Assembly: GCA_003971905.1 (NCBI GenBank)
Contig: RSEE01000065.1
Location: 124,001-188,000, forward strand
From: Moniliella sp. 'wahieum'
Lineage: Eukaryota
Direction of reading: 5' to 3'
Length of the DNA stretch: 64,000 nt
The notes beneath the pieces were generated by a model. The model ran no database searches. It was not told the origin of the DNA and saw only the letters and a program-made list of their open reading frames with translations. The translations under genes were made by a program, and so were the position numbers. Positions 36,511 to 49,100 of this stretch are shown here, piece after piece (positions within the stretch are counted from its first letter, which is position 1; each line of letters begins with the position of its first letter).

Positions 36511-38645
36511 TTTGAGATCCTGAGATCTGACTCTAGACGCCTCAGCAGTTCAGCGTTTCGAGGCCTGAGGCCTGAGGAGGCACCGCTGTAAAAGACTGAG
36601 AGTGTTAGGGCGTTGAAAACGTTGAGGCCGGAGGGGAGCAGTCCTACTATATATCATTGACATGGGCACTTAATACAAGCATCCGGCCCTATTCCTCCCC
36701 CCCAGCTTTCAAAGCGCGTAAAACGCCACAACCGCCACATCAAATATACACATAGAGATCGGAGTGTTGTGCAGCAACATTCCAGGCATTTCCATAGTTG
36801 TGTGGGCGGATGGTGGGCGGCAAGGTGGATACGATGGAATGGTGCCGGTGGCTACCGTCACTCCAGCGGTGATTTTGTTGAAGGAGAATGGGGGATGGGA
36901 AGAGGCAGGAATGACGGATGTTTGATGCTCTTGGTGATACCAAAAGCCAGGTGAACGTTGAACTTTCGCCACATGCAGAGAGCTGCGATGGCTGCGATAC
37001 CACCAACCCTTCTGTCGAGATGCTGAAGGCCGCGGGGCGTCCAGTACGTAGGATACGGTACAAGTCATGTTGTCTCTTCTATATATTAATAGAACTTTCT
37101 TGATGGTTTCAGGGCAAAACGATCTAAGAGGCGCAGTGTCAGCGCCGTCATTGTAGCGTTTGGTGTCGCGCGCCAGCACTTCCATGGTCATCACAATAAT
37201 GGCCTTTTCATATACCGAGACGTCCAGCCTCCCCACTCAGGCCGACTTCTCAGGTATTCAAGACTCCAGCTTCAAGCGTCAAAAGTTCAAGCTTCTGCAT
37301 TCGGAGTAACTCGGTTTCCTCCAGGCCTCAGGCTGATGGCTGAGGAGCTGAGGGCCACTCTTCTCCAACCACAGCAGTCCGACTGTGTGCCGTGCCCGAG
37401 CCGACAGCATCACACTCTTTCTCTGGCGCACATGTCAAACGCCAGCGATCGAGGCGATGGAAATGCTTGATGGTCGATGGCTGATGATCGATGATTGATC
37501 GATGAACGATCGATGAACATTGAATTCATTGTTCAAATTTCACCTCGGTGGATCTGCGGTGCCAGTGCGGGCGCCTTCCTTCCCTTCGATGTGACAGGCT
37601 GGATGGAATAGAATATTGGCCGGCCTGGTGTGCTTCGATTACGCATGGGATTGCACATGTCAAGCGTCAGCAACAGCTTCACCCCCACGCAGTCTGGCCC
37701 TGCCCGCCTGTGGCATAGACGCCGACGGATGCTTCTACACGCTTCTCGCTGCGAACATACAGCCTTGTGCTCAGCCCCCACTAGTCACTGCGAAAAAGCT
37801 TATTGAGACTGGGCTGTGGCGGCGTTACTACTCGCTCGTCAAACGTTAATCATTAACCGTTAAGCACTACTACTCATTAATATTTTAATACCCTTCCACC
37901 ACCCTTCATCCCATTACTCTCTTCTGTCCGCGACCTGCCCTGGGGTTGAACGCTCGCAACTCAGGACCAGCAACTTCTTTTCCAGCCTCGTTTCCCTCTC
38001 GGCCTGAAAGCCCCCTTGGGCTTCTTGGGCCTTCATTCCCCCCGTCCTCATTCTATCACACGCGCCCTCGCCACACCCCTCCTACACATCGACCCCGTCG
38101 CTTCCTCGGGAAACCCTCAAGCGGCATTTCCGCCATCGATCTGACCCTCACGCCGCCAGCCATCTCCACGCCTATCTTCAGGCGCGCCCCCTGCACCTAC
38201 ATCCCGACTCGTCTTTTTCCTTCGCTGCTCCACAGGATCGGCGCGACGGTTTTGAGCCTTCGTTCGAGTTCGTCCCCCCCTCCTTTCCGTCCCTTCTGTA
38301 CGCATGTGTGGCAGTGAATATACAACCGCGGCTTGACAGTTCTTGTTGCTAATGCCCGGTGCCCCTCACCACGTTTTCCGCGCGGACTGCTAACGTACCT
38401 TCCCCTAAGACTGTCTTCAACCTTCTTCTCATTCGTCTCCTCAGTGCCACAGGCTTTGCTCTCTTTCTGCCAGAGCATTACCGCTCAGTCACCAAATCCT
38501 CCGCCCACACACTACTTTGCTTGCAGTGGCGCTTGTGCCTGACGTATTCCAAGCCCCCCGTTAGTTTCGGCGTGACTGGTAGTTCCCCGAGCTTCTTTTG
38601 TCTTGCCTTCATTCAACTCTCATACTTTCCATCGCTGGGGTCATA

Positions 38646-41598
38646 ATGCCCCCAACTCCTGATCCTCCCTCACCACAGACGCAAAACGCGACAATTTCTC
38701 CCTTCTCGTGTCCAAACCCGAGCCCAAGCTCAAAGTAAGGACTGTCTTCTCTTTCGCAACCGACCGCTGGACAAATCTGACGCTCAACCCTCAACTGACC
38801 CAGGTCCAGGCAGGGTCCTCCTCCCCCTCTCTTCCGGCCATACATCGGCGCAACAACAGCAGCAGCAACAGCAGCAGCATCCACAACGGTCCCGCCCACA
38901 TGGTGGTCCAGCATATGTCTGGCCTTACGTCCACAGCTACCCGCTGTTGCCGCTTACCCCCCCTTACACTATCCCTCAACCCGCTATGGCCAGGAACCCG
39001 CGGCTACTACGCGGTTCCATCACAGATGCCACCGTTTTCCACCGCCTCCACCTCCCGATATCCTTCTTCCACCGGATCTCAATCCCAATACGACGGTCAC
39101 CACCCTTCCTACCATCTCCTTGCTCCAGCCCACCCGTGCCAACACGGGTGCCGTGGTGGGCTCAGGCCCAGCATTCTATGCACTGGGAGTGCCACCGGTA
39201 AGCTTACATTTCTCTGTCGTGACCGCATTGACTTGTCGTGCCTCGCAGCAAGATTGGCTTTGCATATCGGGTTTGAGTTTGGATTTTAAGAGGCTGTCAC
39301 TCACCACTCCAGTCTCATGCAGGTTGTTGATCATCCTCTACGATGTATCCGCTCTTGGCCTACTTACCAGCCAACGTACGAACCCTATCCAATGGCCCCC
39401 GTTCCCATGTACCAAGCCCCACGCCTTTGTGGTCGTCAACATCGAATCAGCCTGCTTCGTCCAACGCCCGCTGGCGTCGTACCCTCTGGCGCGGTCGCGT
39501 CTTTCTTGCCGGTGACGAGCCACGAGCTCTCTCCAAACCACCTCAGCCACCCAGTCACCTTCCGCGATGTCCTCACCCCTCCCATCTGAGACGGGGACCC
39601 AACCGCGTGTCAAGCCTTCATTGGCGGAGAAGGCTGTGGCCGTCTCGCGTCCCGGAGCCGAGAAAAGTGAGTCCTGCAAGCCGCATCCTACTGGAGAGAC
39701 GAGGACCGCCTTGATCCTGCTGCGAAAGAGCCAAGCAGCACGCTCACCGACGCGGCTGCGAGGCCTGCTGCTTCACCAGTCAAGCCCGAAGACGGCCAAG
39801 GAGATGACCGCAAGCTTGTCCGTTCCGAGCATGTGATGTGGGTGGGCAACGTGCCCAAGGACGTCACTGCGCTGCAGCTCTGGCACTTTCTCCAAAACAG
39901 CATCCTTCCTCCGTCTTCCTCACCCCTGCCCACCTCAGGTTCGCCTTACCCGCTCTTCCCTCTCCCGGCGAGACCAACGTCGATGCCAGTTCTTCTCTCT
40001 GGGCTCCCTCACGGGAAACGATGAGCAGCCTCACTGCCTCTGAGGTTCCCGAAGCTTGGACTGCGGCATTGTGTCGATCTACGTGATTGCTCGGTCGAAC
40101 TGTGCGTTTGTCAACTTTGATAACCACTCCGATCTTGTTGCCATGGTCGAACGGTGCGATGGTGCTCGTCTTCGGATGGGACGGGACGAACTTCCGCTGG
40201 TGGCGCGGGTACGTGACCGGCACGAAGAAGTGGAAGCCGGTGTGGCTGGCCAACGGGGCAAGGGCTTCCACGCTGCGTATGCGCGCAACTACAATCGCAC
40301 CAAGTTGGCGCAGCGCCAAGCTCGGCTCAAGCAGGGCATGGATCGCATGGCTATTGGCGAAAGCAACGACCTCGTGGGTCGCGCTGGTCCCTTGTCTGAT
40401 GAAGAATCCATGGGTAGCTGGGTATCGGTCGAAACCAGCGCTTCTACCGATTCGTCCTTGCTTCGCCACCCTGCCTTTGCCCAGCGTTTCTTTATCCTCA
40501 AGTCGCGCACGGTCGCTGAGTTGGAGAAATCGGTAGAGACGGGTACCTGGACCACACAGCCACACAACGAAGCGGTATTGGATCAAGCCTTTCGCAATTC
40601 GAAGGACGTGTTTATCTTCTTCTCGGCCAACCAGAGTCGATCTTGGTTTGGTTATGCTCGCATGACTTCCTCCCTTAGTTTCACCGACGAGCCCTTCCAG
40701 CTTCTTTCCTATCCGCCAAGCGGCCAAGCCGCACGAAACACATGTTGGCTAATGCTGGTGGCACTGCCGCCCTTGGCCCCTCACCGGCATGCGTTCCCGA
40801 CAACCACAAGGAGGGAGAAGGAGACCCATCCGAAGCCACGCCGGCCAACCCTGCTCAGCGGCCCACCCTGCACCATACCTCGGGCTTTTCCGTCTCCTCT
40901 CCCTCGATTTTGGAAGGGTTGGCGCGGTATACGTTGGCCAAAGCTGCAGGCATTCGATGGGATCCGGGGCAAGAGTACGACCCCCCTTCTCCCCTCGTAT
41001 CCCCCTCTTCGAACGACGGGTCGATAACATCCACAGTCGCCCACTCGGCCCGGCTGTCGTGCAAGCGCAGCACGCGGGCCGATTGTTATGCGACTTGTCT
41101 GACGGAACGGGGAAGCAAGACCGATCCCTTTCTCCTACCTCGACGTTTTCGGGAGGCAAATCAACAGCCCATCCGCTCTCCCCCGAACCCAAAACCTTTT
41201 CCATCGAGTGGATCAAGGTGGAGACCATGCCGTTTGTTGCGTCACGTGGGGTGCGCAATCCGTGGCGGGGCAACAAGCAAATCAAAGTGTCCCGGGATGG
41301 GACCGAGCTCGAGCCAAGCGTGGGCCGAAGCCTCAAGGCGCTGATGGATTCCTACTCCTCGGAGGCTCTCACCGCAAGAGGAAAGGGCAAGTTAGTGGAT
41401 CAGAGAGAGTCCACAGCATCCAGCCTGCCCATCCCTACTCATGCCCCATCGTTTAACTTACCCCTCTCCCATGGCACCTCCCAAACGCAAGCAGCCCCTC
41501 CGCTTCCCACCAAACCTTCCACCTGGGCCCCAATTATTCCTGGCAAGAAACGAGGCGGGTCTCGCCGCAAGGGAGGTAAGAAACCAAGATCAAGCTAG
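38646..41598 (+). CDS. RRM + YTH domain RNA-binding protein (YTHDC1/Mmi1-like), YTH split by a large insertion; intron 39198-39322; frameshifts
   Basis: RRM: VMWVGNVPKD..SNCAFVNF; YTH: RFFILKS..LEKSVETGTWTTQPHNEAVLDQAFRNSKDVFIFFSANQSRSWFGYARM ... FSIEWIK..VRNPWRGNKQIKVSRDGTELEPSVGRSL; start approximate. Confidence 0.88.
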
Positions 41599-42861
41599 GA
41601 GGAAATAACTTATCCACCTACCCCTCACTTGTTATCTCGCATCTTTTCAATGCGGTCTCCAGCCTGGTCTCTCCCACGGACTTTCCATCCACTCCAGCAT
41701 ATTTTATCGTATCAGGGCAAAGTAGCGCTCTTGATGCGGGGGAGAAGGCGGATGAGACAACATCGATGATCCAGTGGAGAATCAAATCAAGCGCATCCCA
41801 AAACACGAAAATGGTGTGCTTGGCCCATCACTACTCTCCCACGGAGCGGACAACAAGAAAAGACAAAGTCCCATGTGCGTTGCTAAACACGATTCCTGCA
41901 CTCGGCCCATTCTTGCGTCCTCTGCCAGCAACAAAAGAAGAGGAAACACATTGAAGCGTGCCCATCACACTAAACACGAGATGAGCGGTACGCTTGCCCA
42001 ACCTCCCTCTTCTTTGTCTGCTGTCATCCCCCCCCGCCTTTACCCCCATACCTCTCTTTCTCTATACGTTATATGGGCCTCATTTGTCGCAGGCGGCGCC
42101 CCATCCCCCAACGCACACACACAGAAAATAAGAAAAACACTCTATTAAAAGACACCGTCGTAGTTGTCGCCTCCCCCCCCCCTCGCGCCTCCCTCATACA
42201 TAATCCTCCTTTATACAATCCATTCGCATTCTTGTGTTCCATCCATATGTCATTCAATTCTGAGAATTGGTCGGACCCCTGCCTTTTCCCTCCATTCCAC
42301 TTTTCTATACTGTGTGCCTCCCCGTTGTTCTTCACTTCATGCGCCCTTGCTGTTACGATTGGATCACAGGCCTATATACATCTCGGTGTACCATGCACTC
42401 CATATAGTCCTTGCACTATACCATATGTGCTACCTAATAGTCATCTCTATACCAATGCCATCCCAGCAACGTATCCAGCCCCCTTTCCCATGTTCCCTTA
42501 CTTTGTGTCACACACACCTTACTGACAACTCTGTCCAGCATGGCTACTGTATGGACGAACAAGGTGAATAAGACGACGCCAAAAATGATGGATCGTGAAG
42601 GAAAACTCTGTTGGATATGGTATTTGTGCTACGGTTCTTCTGCGCAGTGGCCCTCAAGTTGATCGGTAACACGTGACGCTCGCCTAGTCGGGCGGAAGCG
42701 TTCCGCTCACAGGCTGCGCACCTGCTGCCCATTCCATCTCCTCTCTTTCCTGTCTGTTTCCCTTGAAGCTTGAGACGTTGCTTGAAGACTTGTGGCTGTG
42801 ATCACATTGCCTTCCCGCCTTGTCTGAACATCTGAAGGCTGCTTTGCAGCTCGGGTGCCGG

Positions 42862-42981
42862 TGAGCACTGGCTGAGCGCTCAGGCTGAGCAGCTCAGCGC
42901 TGCTAAGCACACTGAGCGTACTGAGCGCGTACTGAGCGCGTACTGAGCGCTCAGGCTGAGCACTGAGCTGGGCCTCAGACT
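42862..42981. repeat. CTGAG/CTCAG-based degenerate palindromic repeat cluster
   Basis: gctgagcgctcaggctgagcagctcagcgc...actgagcgcgtactgagcgcgtactgagcgctcaggctgagc. Confidence 0.85.
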
Positions 42982-43361
42982 GATCCCATAATAGGATCCC
43001 AGAGTGCTCCCAACAATACTCCCGATACTCTTTCACTCTCCGGTCCGAGACACTGCATGTGTCAGGCCACGTGTGACGGGTCAGTTGGAAGAAGCTTTTA
43101 AAAAGCCCGAGAAGACGGGCTGGGGACGACTCAGCAGGAGGCAGACACGAGGTGTGGCGTGCACGCGGGCCAGGCGCGGCCGATCGAGCTTGGGAGGAGA
43201 GAAGACGGCGGAACGGGGACGAAACGAGGAGCGTCAGGCGGTCAGTATTCCAGGGGATCGATATTCAATGTTGCACCCTGAAGTTTAAGTTTCAACCTTC
43301 AAAGGGAGGCCTGGGAGGCCGGAGGCCGCAGGGTTGTGCGCGGCTGTGCCAGGGCGAGTGC

Positions 43362-43410
43362 TGTGACATGCGACATGTGACATGTGACATGTGATGCATG
43401 ATGCATGTGA
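43362..43410. repeat. Heptamer array (TGACATG)n switching to (TGATGCA)n
   Basis: tgtgacatgcgacatgtgacatgtgacatgtgatgcatgatgcatgtga. Confidence 0.9.
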
Positions 43411-43733
43411 CCGGCGGACCGGGAGCGTGAGGCGGGTGCGCGGGGCGAGTGTGTGATGCCCTGTGTGACATGCACGGGGGATGCCGGGGGCCCAGACCCT
43501 GGCGGGCTCCACAGCCAAGCCACAATGCTCAAAGGCGCGGTGGGCAGTAGGGTTGCCAGCAGAGTGACGGGCGCGCACACGCAGGCACGGGGGTGCTGTG
43601 CGCCACGCGTGTCGCAGCCGTGGAGCAGCAGCACGCAGCCGCGCAGCCACGCGCCTCTGCGGCCGCAGGCTGTGGCTGCTGTGTTGCGTGTTGCATTGCC
43701 TGCCTGGGTGCTGTGCCTGCAGTGCTCCCCCCC

Positions 43734-46021
43734 ATGCCTGCGCCCGGCACACCCGCCCCCGGCACACCCGCCAGCGCCGTCGCCAGCAGCAGCGGCCCCA
43801 GCAGCCTCGCCGCCCCTCCCGCCTCCGCTCCTGGCGCGTCCATGCCGTCGCCCCCCGCCCCCGCCCCCGCCCCCGCCTCCTCCTCCTCCGCGCCTCCTCT
43901 GCGGCCCCCGCCCCCGACGCCAGCGACGCCCAGCGCACCCAGCGCAAGCTCTCCCTCCACCGCGCCCTCGCCCATGCCCAGACGGCCGTCCAGCACGACA
44001 ATGCCGGCGAGCATGCCCAGGCCGCCGAGGCCTACCACGCCCGTCACCCTCCTCGACGTTGTCCTCGCCCACACCTCCCACAAGCGCCAGGCCGAGCGCC
44101 GCCGTCTGGCCGACATCCGCTCTGCCTATTCCGAGCGCATCATCCGCCTCGCCCGCTATACCCAGCCCCGCCCTCTCCTCCTCCCTCCCCAGCCCCAGTC
44201 CGAGCCCGAGCCCTCCTCCTCTCGCCCTGCCCCTTCCGCCTCCCTCCCCGCGCAGCGGCACCGAATCCGACACCGCCTCCCACCCCTTGCTTGGTCCCCG
44301 CAACTCCTCCCGTCTCCCCGCCACCGCCGCCGGCCAAGAGCAACCTCCCGCGCCGTTTGCGTCGCCACGACTTACCCGTCGACGCTCCACCTCCGCCCCC
44401 CAGCTAGTCAATTTGCTCCTCGGCCCCGAGTCCGCCAGCGAGGACGACCGCCCTCCGCGCCAAAACAGTCGGCCCCTCCCCGCTCAGGCCGCAGCCCCCA
44501 TCTCCATCCCCATCCCCATCACAATCCCAGCCCCAGTCCCAGCTTCAGTCCAACCCCACGACTCCTGCCTACACCGAGAGCAACCCCCCTCCGGCGACCC
44601 CGTCACTACCCTCCATTCCTTCTCCGCCTACGCCCACCACGTCCCATGCCCGCACTCGTCTTCACGTTCTCAGTCCGCCAGTGTCGCCCTCCCCCCTCGT
44701 TCCACTTCCAGCACGCCCAATCTGTGGCATCGCGCCACCACCACCGCTTACCGCCTTGGTCCCTCCTCCCGATTCTTCCCCGCCCCGGGCCAAAAGCGTC
44801 TTGGCACGCAGTCCTACGCCCACCAGGAGACGCACCCCCCCGGCTCGCCCACCGGTCTCACCCCGTTCCCCACCGACGACGACGCGTGCGCAAAACGCGC
44901 CCCGCCGCTGCCTTCCCTGCCCTCGGCCGAGGAAGAGGAACCGAACCGGGTGCGCAGCCTGAGCCAACCGCTCGCCACGGGCTACCACCTGCCCCGCCCC
45001 CCCCGCACCCAACCGAACCGAAGCGGCCGTTCGTCTCCTCACTGCCGACCTACCCAGCTGGGCCCCGACCAAACCCGTTCCGGCCCCGGTCCTGCCCGCA
45101 CCGCGCCGCCAGGCACCGACGCCAGTTTGGTCGTCGCACGCATGCTGGCTTCTGCCTTGCCTGGGTGTTCCTGGCGGGGGCGAGGGCCAGGGCGGGAGTG
45201 GACGATTGTTGTTGCCCCCCTCAGCATGGACGTTGCCGGCCCATGCGCGCGGGAATGCCCGACGCGACGCTCAAGTTGCTGGCCCAGGTGGGCTCGGCGT
45301 TAGCCTCGGCCGCGCAGTTGGGCACCAGCTTGCTCACCCCCCGCCTGCACCTACGCCCACGCCTCTGCCTGCGCTACCAATGGAGTCCGGTGGTGGGCCG
45401 GGCCCGTCGGCAGCGTCGGCAGCGCAGTTTGTTGCTGCGCTGGATGCGGTGGTGGGGGCAGTACGTGCGTGTCAGTTGCGCGCCGGCCCGAGCTACGGGC
45501 ACCAGTCGCGTCCGAGCCTAGGGCGGAGCAAACATCGAGCCACGCCGTCGCAAGGTCGGGACGAGCTGTTGTTTGCGTCTGGGCGCAGCGACGGTGCGCG
45601 CACCCCGTCGCCGCACCCGCCTTCGTCGGCGGGCATGGCGAGTCGCATGGCGTCGTCGGGGGGCATGACGATGGGGATGGGGATGACGAGTCGGGTGGGC
45701 GGGCACACGTTGCGCGCGAGCTTGAGTGCGATCGGACGGGGCAAATGGCGTGAGCCGGCACGGACGAGCCAAGGCCCCGGCGAAGCGTATGCGTTGGCCT
45801 TGGCGCGCGTCTTGGGCGGCTTGGCGGCGCTCGAGGCGCATCGGGACAGCTGCCAGGGCAGGTACGCTTGCTTGCCCCCCAGCACCCGCACCCTCGTCCA
45901 CAACAAAGTCGCCACCACCACCGCCTTGGTCGGCGGCTTGGTCCTCGCCCCAGCGTTAATCGACGTGACCGCCGTGTGGGAAAACTACTTGTCGCACGGC
46001 GCCTTGAACTGGATCGAGTGA
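43734..46021 (+). CDS. Fungal MIT domain-containing, proline-rich protein; frameshifted
   Basis: LHRALAHAQTAVQHDNAGEHAQAAEAY..VTLLDVVL..ERRRLADIRSAYSERIIRL (MIT three-helix pattern); helical C-terminus LLTPRLHL...LVLAPALIDVTAVWENYL. Confidence 0.7.
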
Positions 46022-46149
46022 GGCCGAGGCCGCGCGCTGCGCAGCGTAGCCTGCTTGCCTACCCTGCCTCTCCTCCCCTTGCCCGTCTTTCCACTCTCCT
46101 ACATCTTCTACCACTGACTTGTCTCTGTTGTTGGTGCGCGCATTCATAG

Positions 46150-49100
46150 TCATCTGTAACGCTCCGTTCCCCTCTGATGGGGCGAAGGGAGGGACGGGGT
46201 AGGCGTCAAGTCGCTCGTTTCGGACCAAGCAGAGTGGGCAAGGTAGTCCCGCTGCTCATAGGCGAGCGAGAGGGGGGAGGAGGGCGACGACAGCGTGCGC
46301 GAACGCGAGCGAGGCATGGGCGAACGAAGGGGGAAAGGGAGGAGCGGGAAGAGTCCAGCGAGGCAGGCGACCATCGCCGCCAGGCATCGCGGCCATGGAC
46401 GTGAGCGCGCTGGAAGACGATGCCAAACTCCCCACCTCGGTCCGAGGCGACAAGAAGCCGTCCCAGGCTCCTCGGTATCTGTCGTGTCCCCGACAGTGGG
46501 GAGCGCAGCGAGGCAGGCGTCCGCGAGAACGAAGTGAGCAACGAGGAACAAGGGGGGGAGGAAGCAAGCATGCCCTGCTCCCTCCCAGACAGCTCAAGAT
46601 CGCTGAGAGAAGACGCGTCGCTGAACCGGTCCGGCCCCGCAACAAGGAACGGCTCCTCCTGAACCGACTCTTCTTGCGTCCATTCCTCCGCCGACACCTC
46701 ATCCACCTCATCCGGCGAGGCAACCGGCTGCTTTAGCGTACCCCCCTGCTCATCGACCCTCTCCACGTGCGCAACATCATCCTCCAGCTCTCGCCGCCGT
46801 GGTGGTAACCCCGCCGGCTGCCCAACCGGCTCGGTCTGCTTCCTAGGCGAGTGCGCGTCAATCGACGTGGTCCCGACCGGGGCGTCACCAGGGTCCCTGC
46901 CAAACGGATCCTCGGCACGCGGTAGCAGCACGGCCCCATCTCGCCCAGGGGGGGCAACGTACCCGAAGCGACCAAGGACACGCCATGGGGAGTGGGCCTG
47001 GCACGCGGGTCGACGACGGATGCCTCGCCTTGCGTGGTGCCGGAAAGTGTCTCAGGTACATCCGAGGCGCCCTCGGCGCCCAAGGGGGGTACTCTCGTCC
47101 TTCTTTGCATCGAGTGGGTAGCCTGAAAGCCAGAGGTGGGGTCCCTTTCCAAACGGGGTTCCACCTCATCCCTCCTCGGCTGCGAGAGAGCGACGGGGCT
47201 GGCTGTGACAGTGGGGAGCGTTACCGCCGCCCCCAGAATCTCACGATGGTTCGCTGGGCCAAGGGAACGTGCGGCAGGGGGCCAAGGCAAGGGCGCTGTC
47301 GAACGGGCCAGCGGTGGGCTCATCCCCACATCCATACTTGTGCCCCTCGTGGTTGGGGGCGTCAAGGGGGCAGCAGAGGGGCGGTTTGGTTCGGTGGGCT
47401 CTGCCTGGCCCGGGCGGGATGCCACGGCGGGAGCAACGGCCCAGGCCATTCTTTCCTCGAGAGGATGATCCGGCGGTTGGTGGTTGGGGGTGGGACAACA
47501 GCTGTAAGGCAGTGGTAGTGCTGGTATCCCCGGCAGCGTTGGGATGGATGGGCCCATCTCCTGCTGCTCCCTCCCCGGCGAAGTGAGACGGTTCAGGCGG
47601 AGGCCTATGGATTGTTGTGCCGAGTAAGGGGGGACGGATCGTGTCCCATCTCTTCTCCCCCAGAGGAAAGAGGGACTGAAGTTGCAGCACGTCCTTGGTC
47701 GGGAGGAGGTACCTTGGGCACCGACGGTTCCATCCTCTTGATAACGACTTCGGACTGCGATGGAGTGGGCGGGCTGCGAACGGGATGGGCGGCAGGCAGA
47801 ACTCCATCTTGCTCGGTCACAGTTGCCTCGAGCGCTGCCCTATCTTGGTGCCTCGGCATCGGAGGAGATTGGGGTATGCTTTTTCTTTCCAGACAGCCTC
47901 GGCTGGCCTCGAGGGCATCCATGGCGGCGTTGGGCCATGTCCAGATGTAAGGTCTAAAGCAAGTCAGTCGACGCTCTCGTAGACGGCATCCAATACGTAC
48001 GCGCCATCCCATTGGGTAGGTTCCACCACGTCCACCGGCTGCACAGGTAGCGCCGTGGACGCAGGGCTGGGCAGAACCCATGCCAGTCGATGAGCAAGGT
48101 AGGTGACGATCGTGTCGGCATTGCCCAGAAGCAGAATGTCCGGTTGATAGTGGGGTACCGGGGTCTTGTTGATCATTATAACCGGAACCCGGTGGGGCAC
48201 CAGCGCGACCAGGTCCGCTACCGGCGCCACATTCAGCGACGTCCCCGCCACAATGACCAGGTCCACCAGTGGACGATCAGCCTCGAGCAACTGTTGGAAT
48301 TGGCTCGGGACACTTTCGCCGAAAAAGGTAATGTCGGGCTGGGTATGCCAGTAACAGTACAGTAACACGGTCAGCCAGAGTGCCCGCAACCTCCAGGATC
48401 CGAGACTTACCTTGAGTACGCCCAAGCCCGGCAGATCCTCCTTTTCGGCTTTGGCCACCCAATATTCTTCCCGACTGGGCTTGAGGCGTTTTTTGCGTCG
48501 GTGTCTCTGCGCACGCTCTTCGCAGACAGGACAGCTGGGCACTTGTTTGGCCATCACGGCGGCCTTGATGTGGTCCCCCTTCACTTGGGTCTTGCAGGCC
48601 GGATCGGTACAGGTAGCGGTGGCGAAGCTGCCGTGGCATTGAAGCAAGCGCGTGATCCCGGCAGCTTGCTCAAGTGTGTCAATGTTCTGGGTATAGTTGC
48701 GTAACAGTTGGCCGCGATCTTGGAGCAGCTTGACAAATCGATGGGACAATGACGGCTGGAAGTTGGAAGGAAAATAGTATGCCTATACCATGTAGCATGT
48801 CAGCCTTCAACGTCCAAGCTTCAACCTTGCCAGGTATAGTTCTCAAGGCGAAGAAGGGCGTTGGGAGGCCTTAAGGGGGGGGGGACGTACGCAAAGTCGT
48901 AAAAGATGCTCGGATTGGATAGAAAGCAGTCCATGTCAAACATGTCTTCTGGTTCCTGGAGGTCATACTTTCCCTCTAGGAATTTATAGATGCCATTGGG
49001 GGAGCGAAAGTCGGGGATGCCACAGACACGCTGATCCCTGCGCCGGTCAGGACAATGATGTTGCGTGCCTTGAGAATCAAGTCGACGGCATCGTCCGGAG

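Noticed and set aside
36709..37236. 175-aa minus-strand ORF next to the LTR element
   Set aside because: No motif recognised and no convincing start; possibly a decayed fragment
43285..45521. Long overlapping ORFs in several frames (616 aa, 642 aa, antisense 370 aa)
   Set aside because: Explained by very high GC content and frameshifts within the single MIT-domain gene
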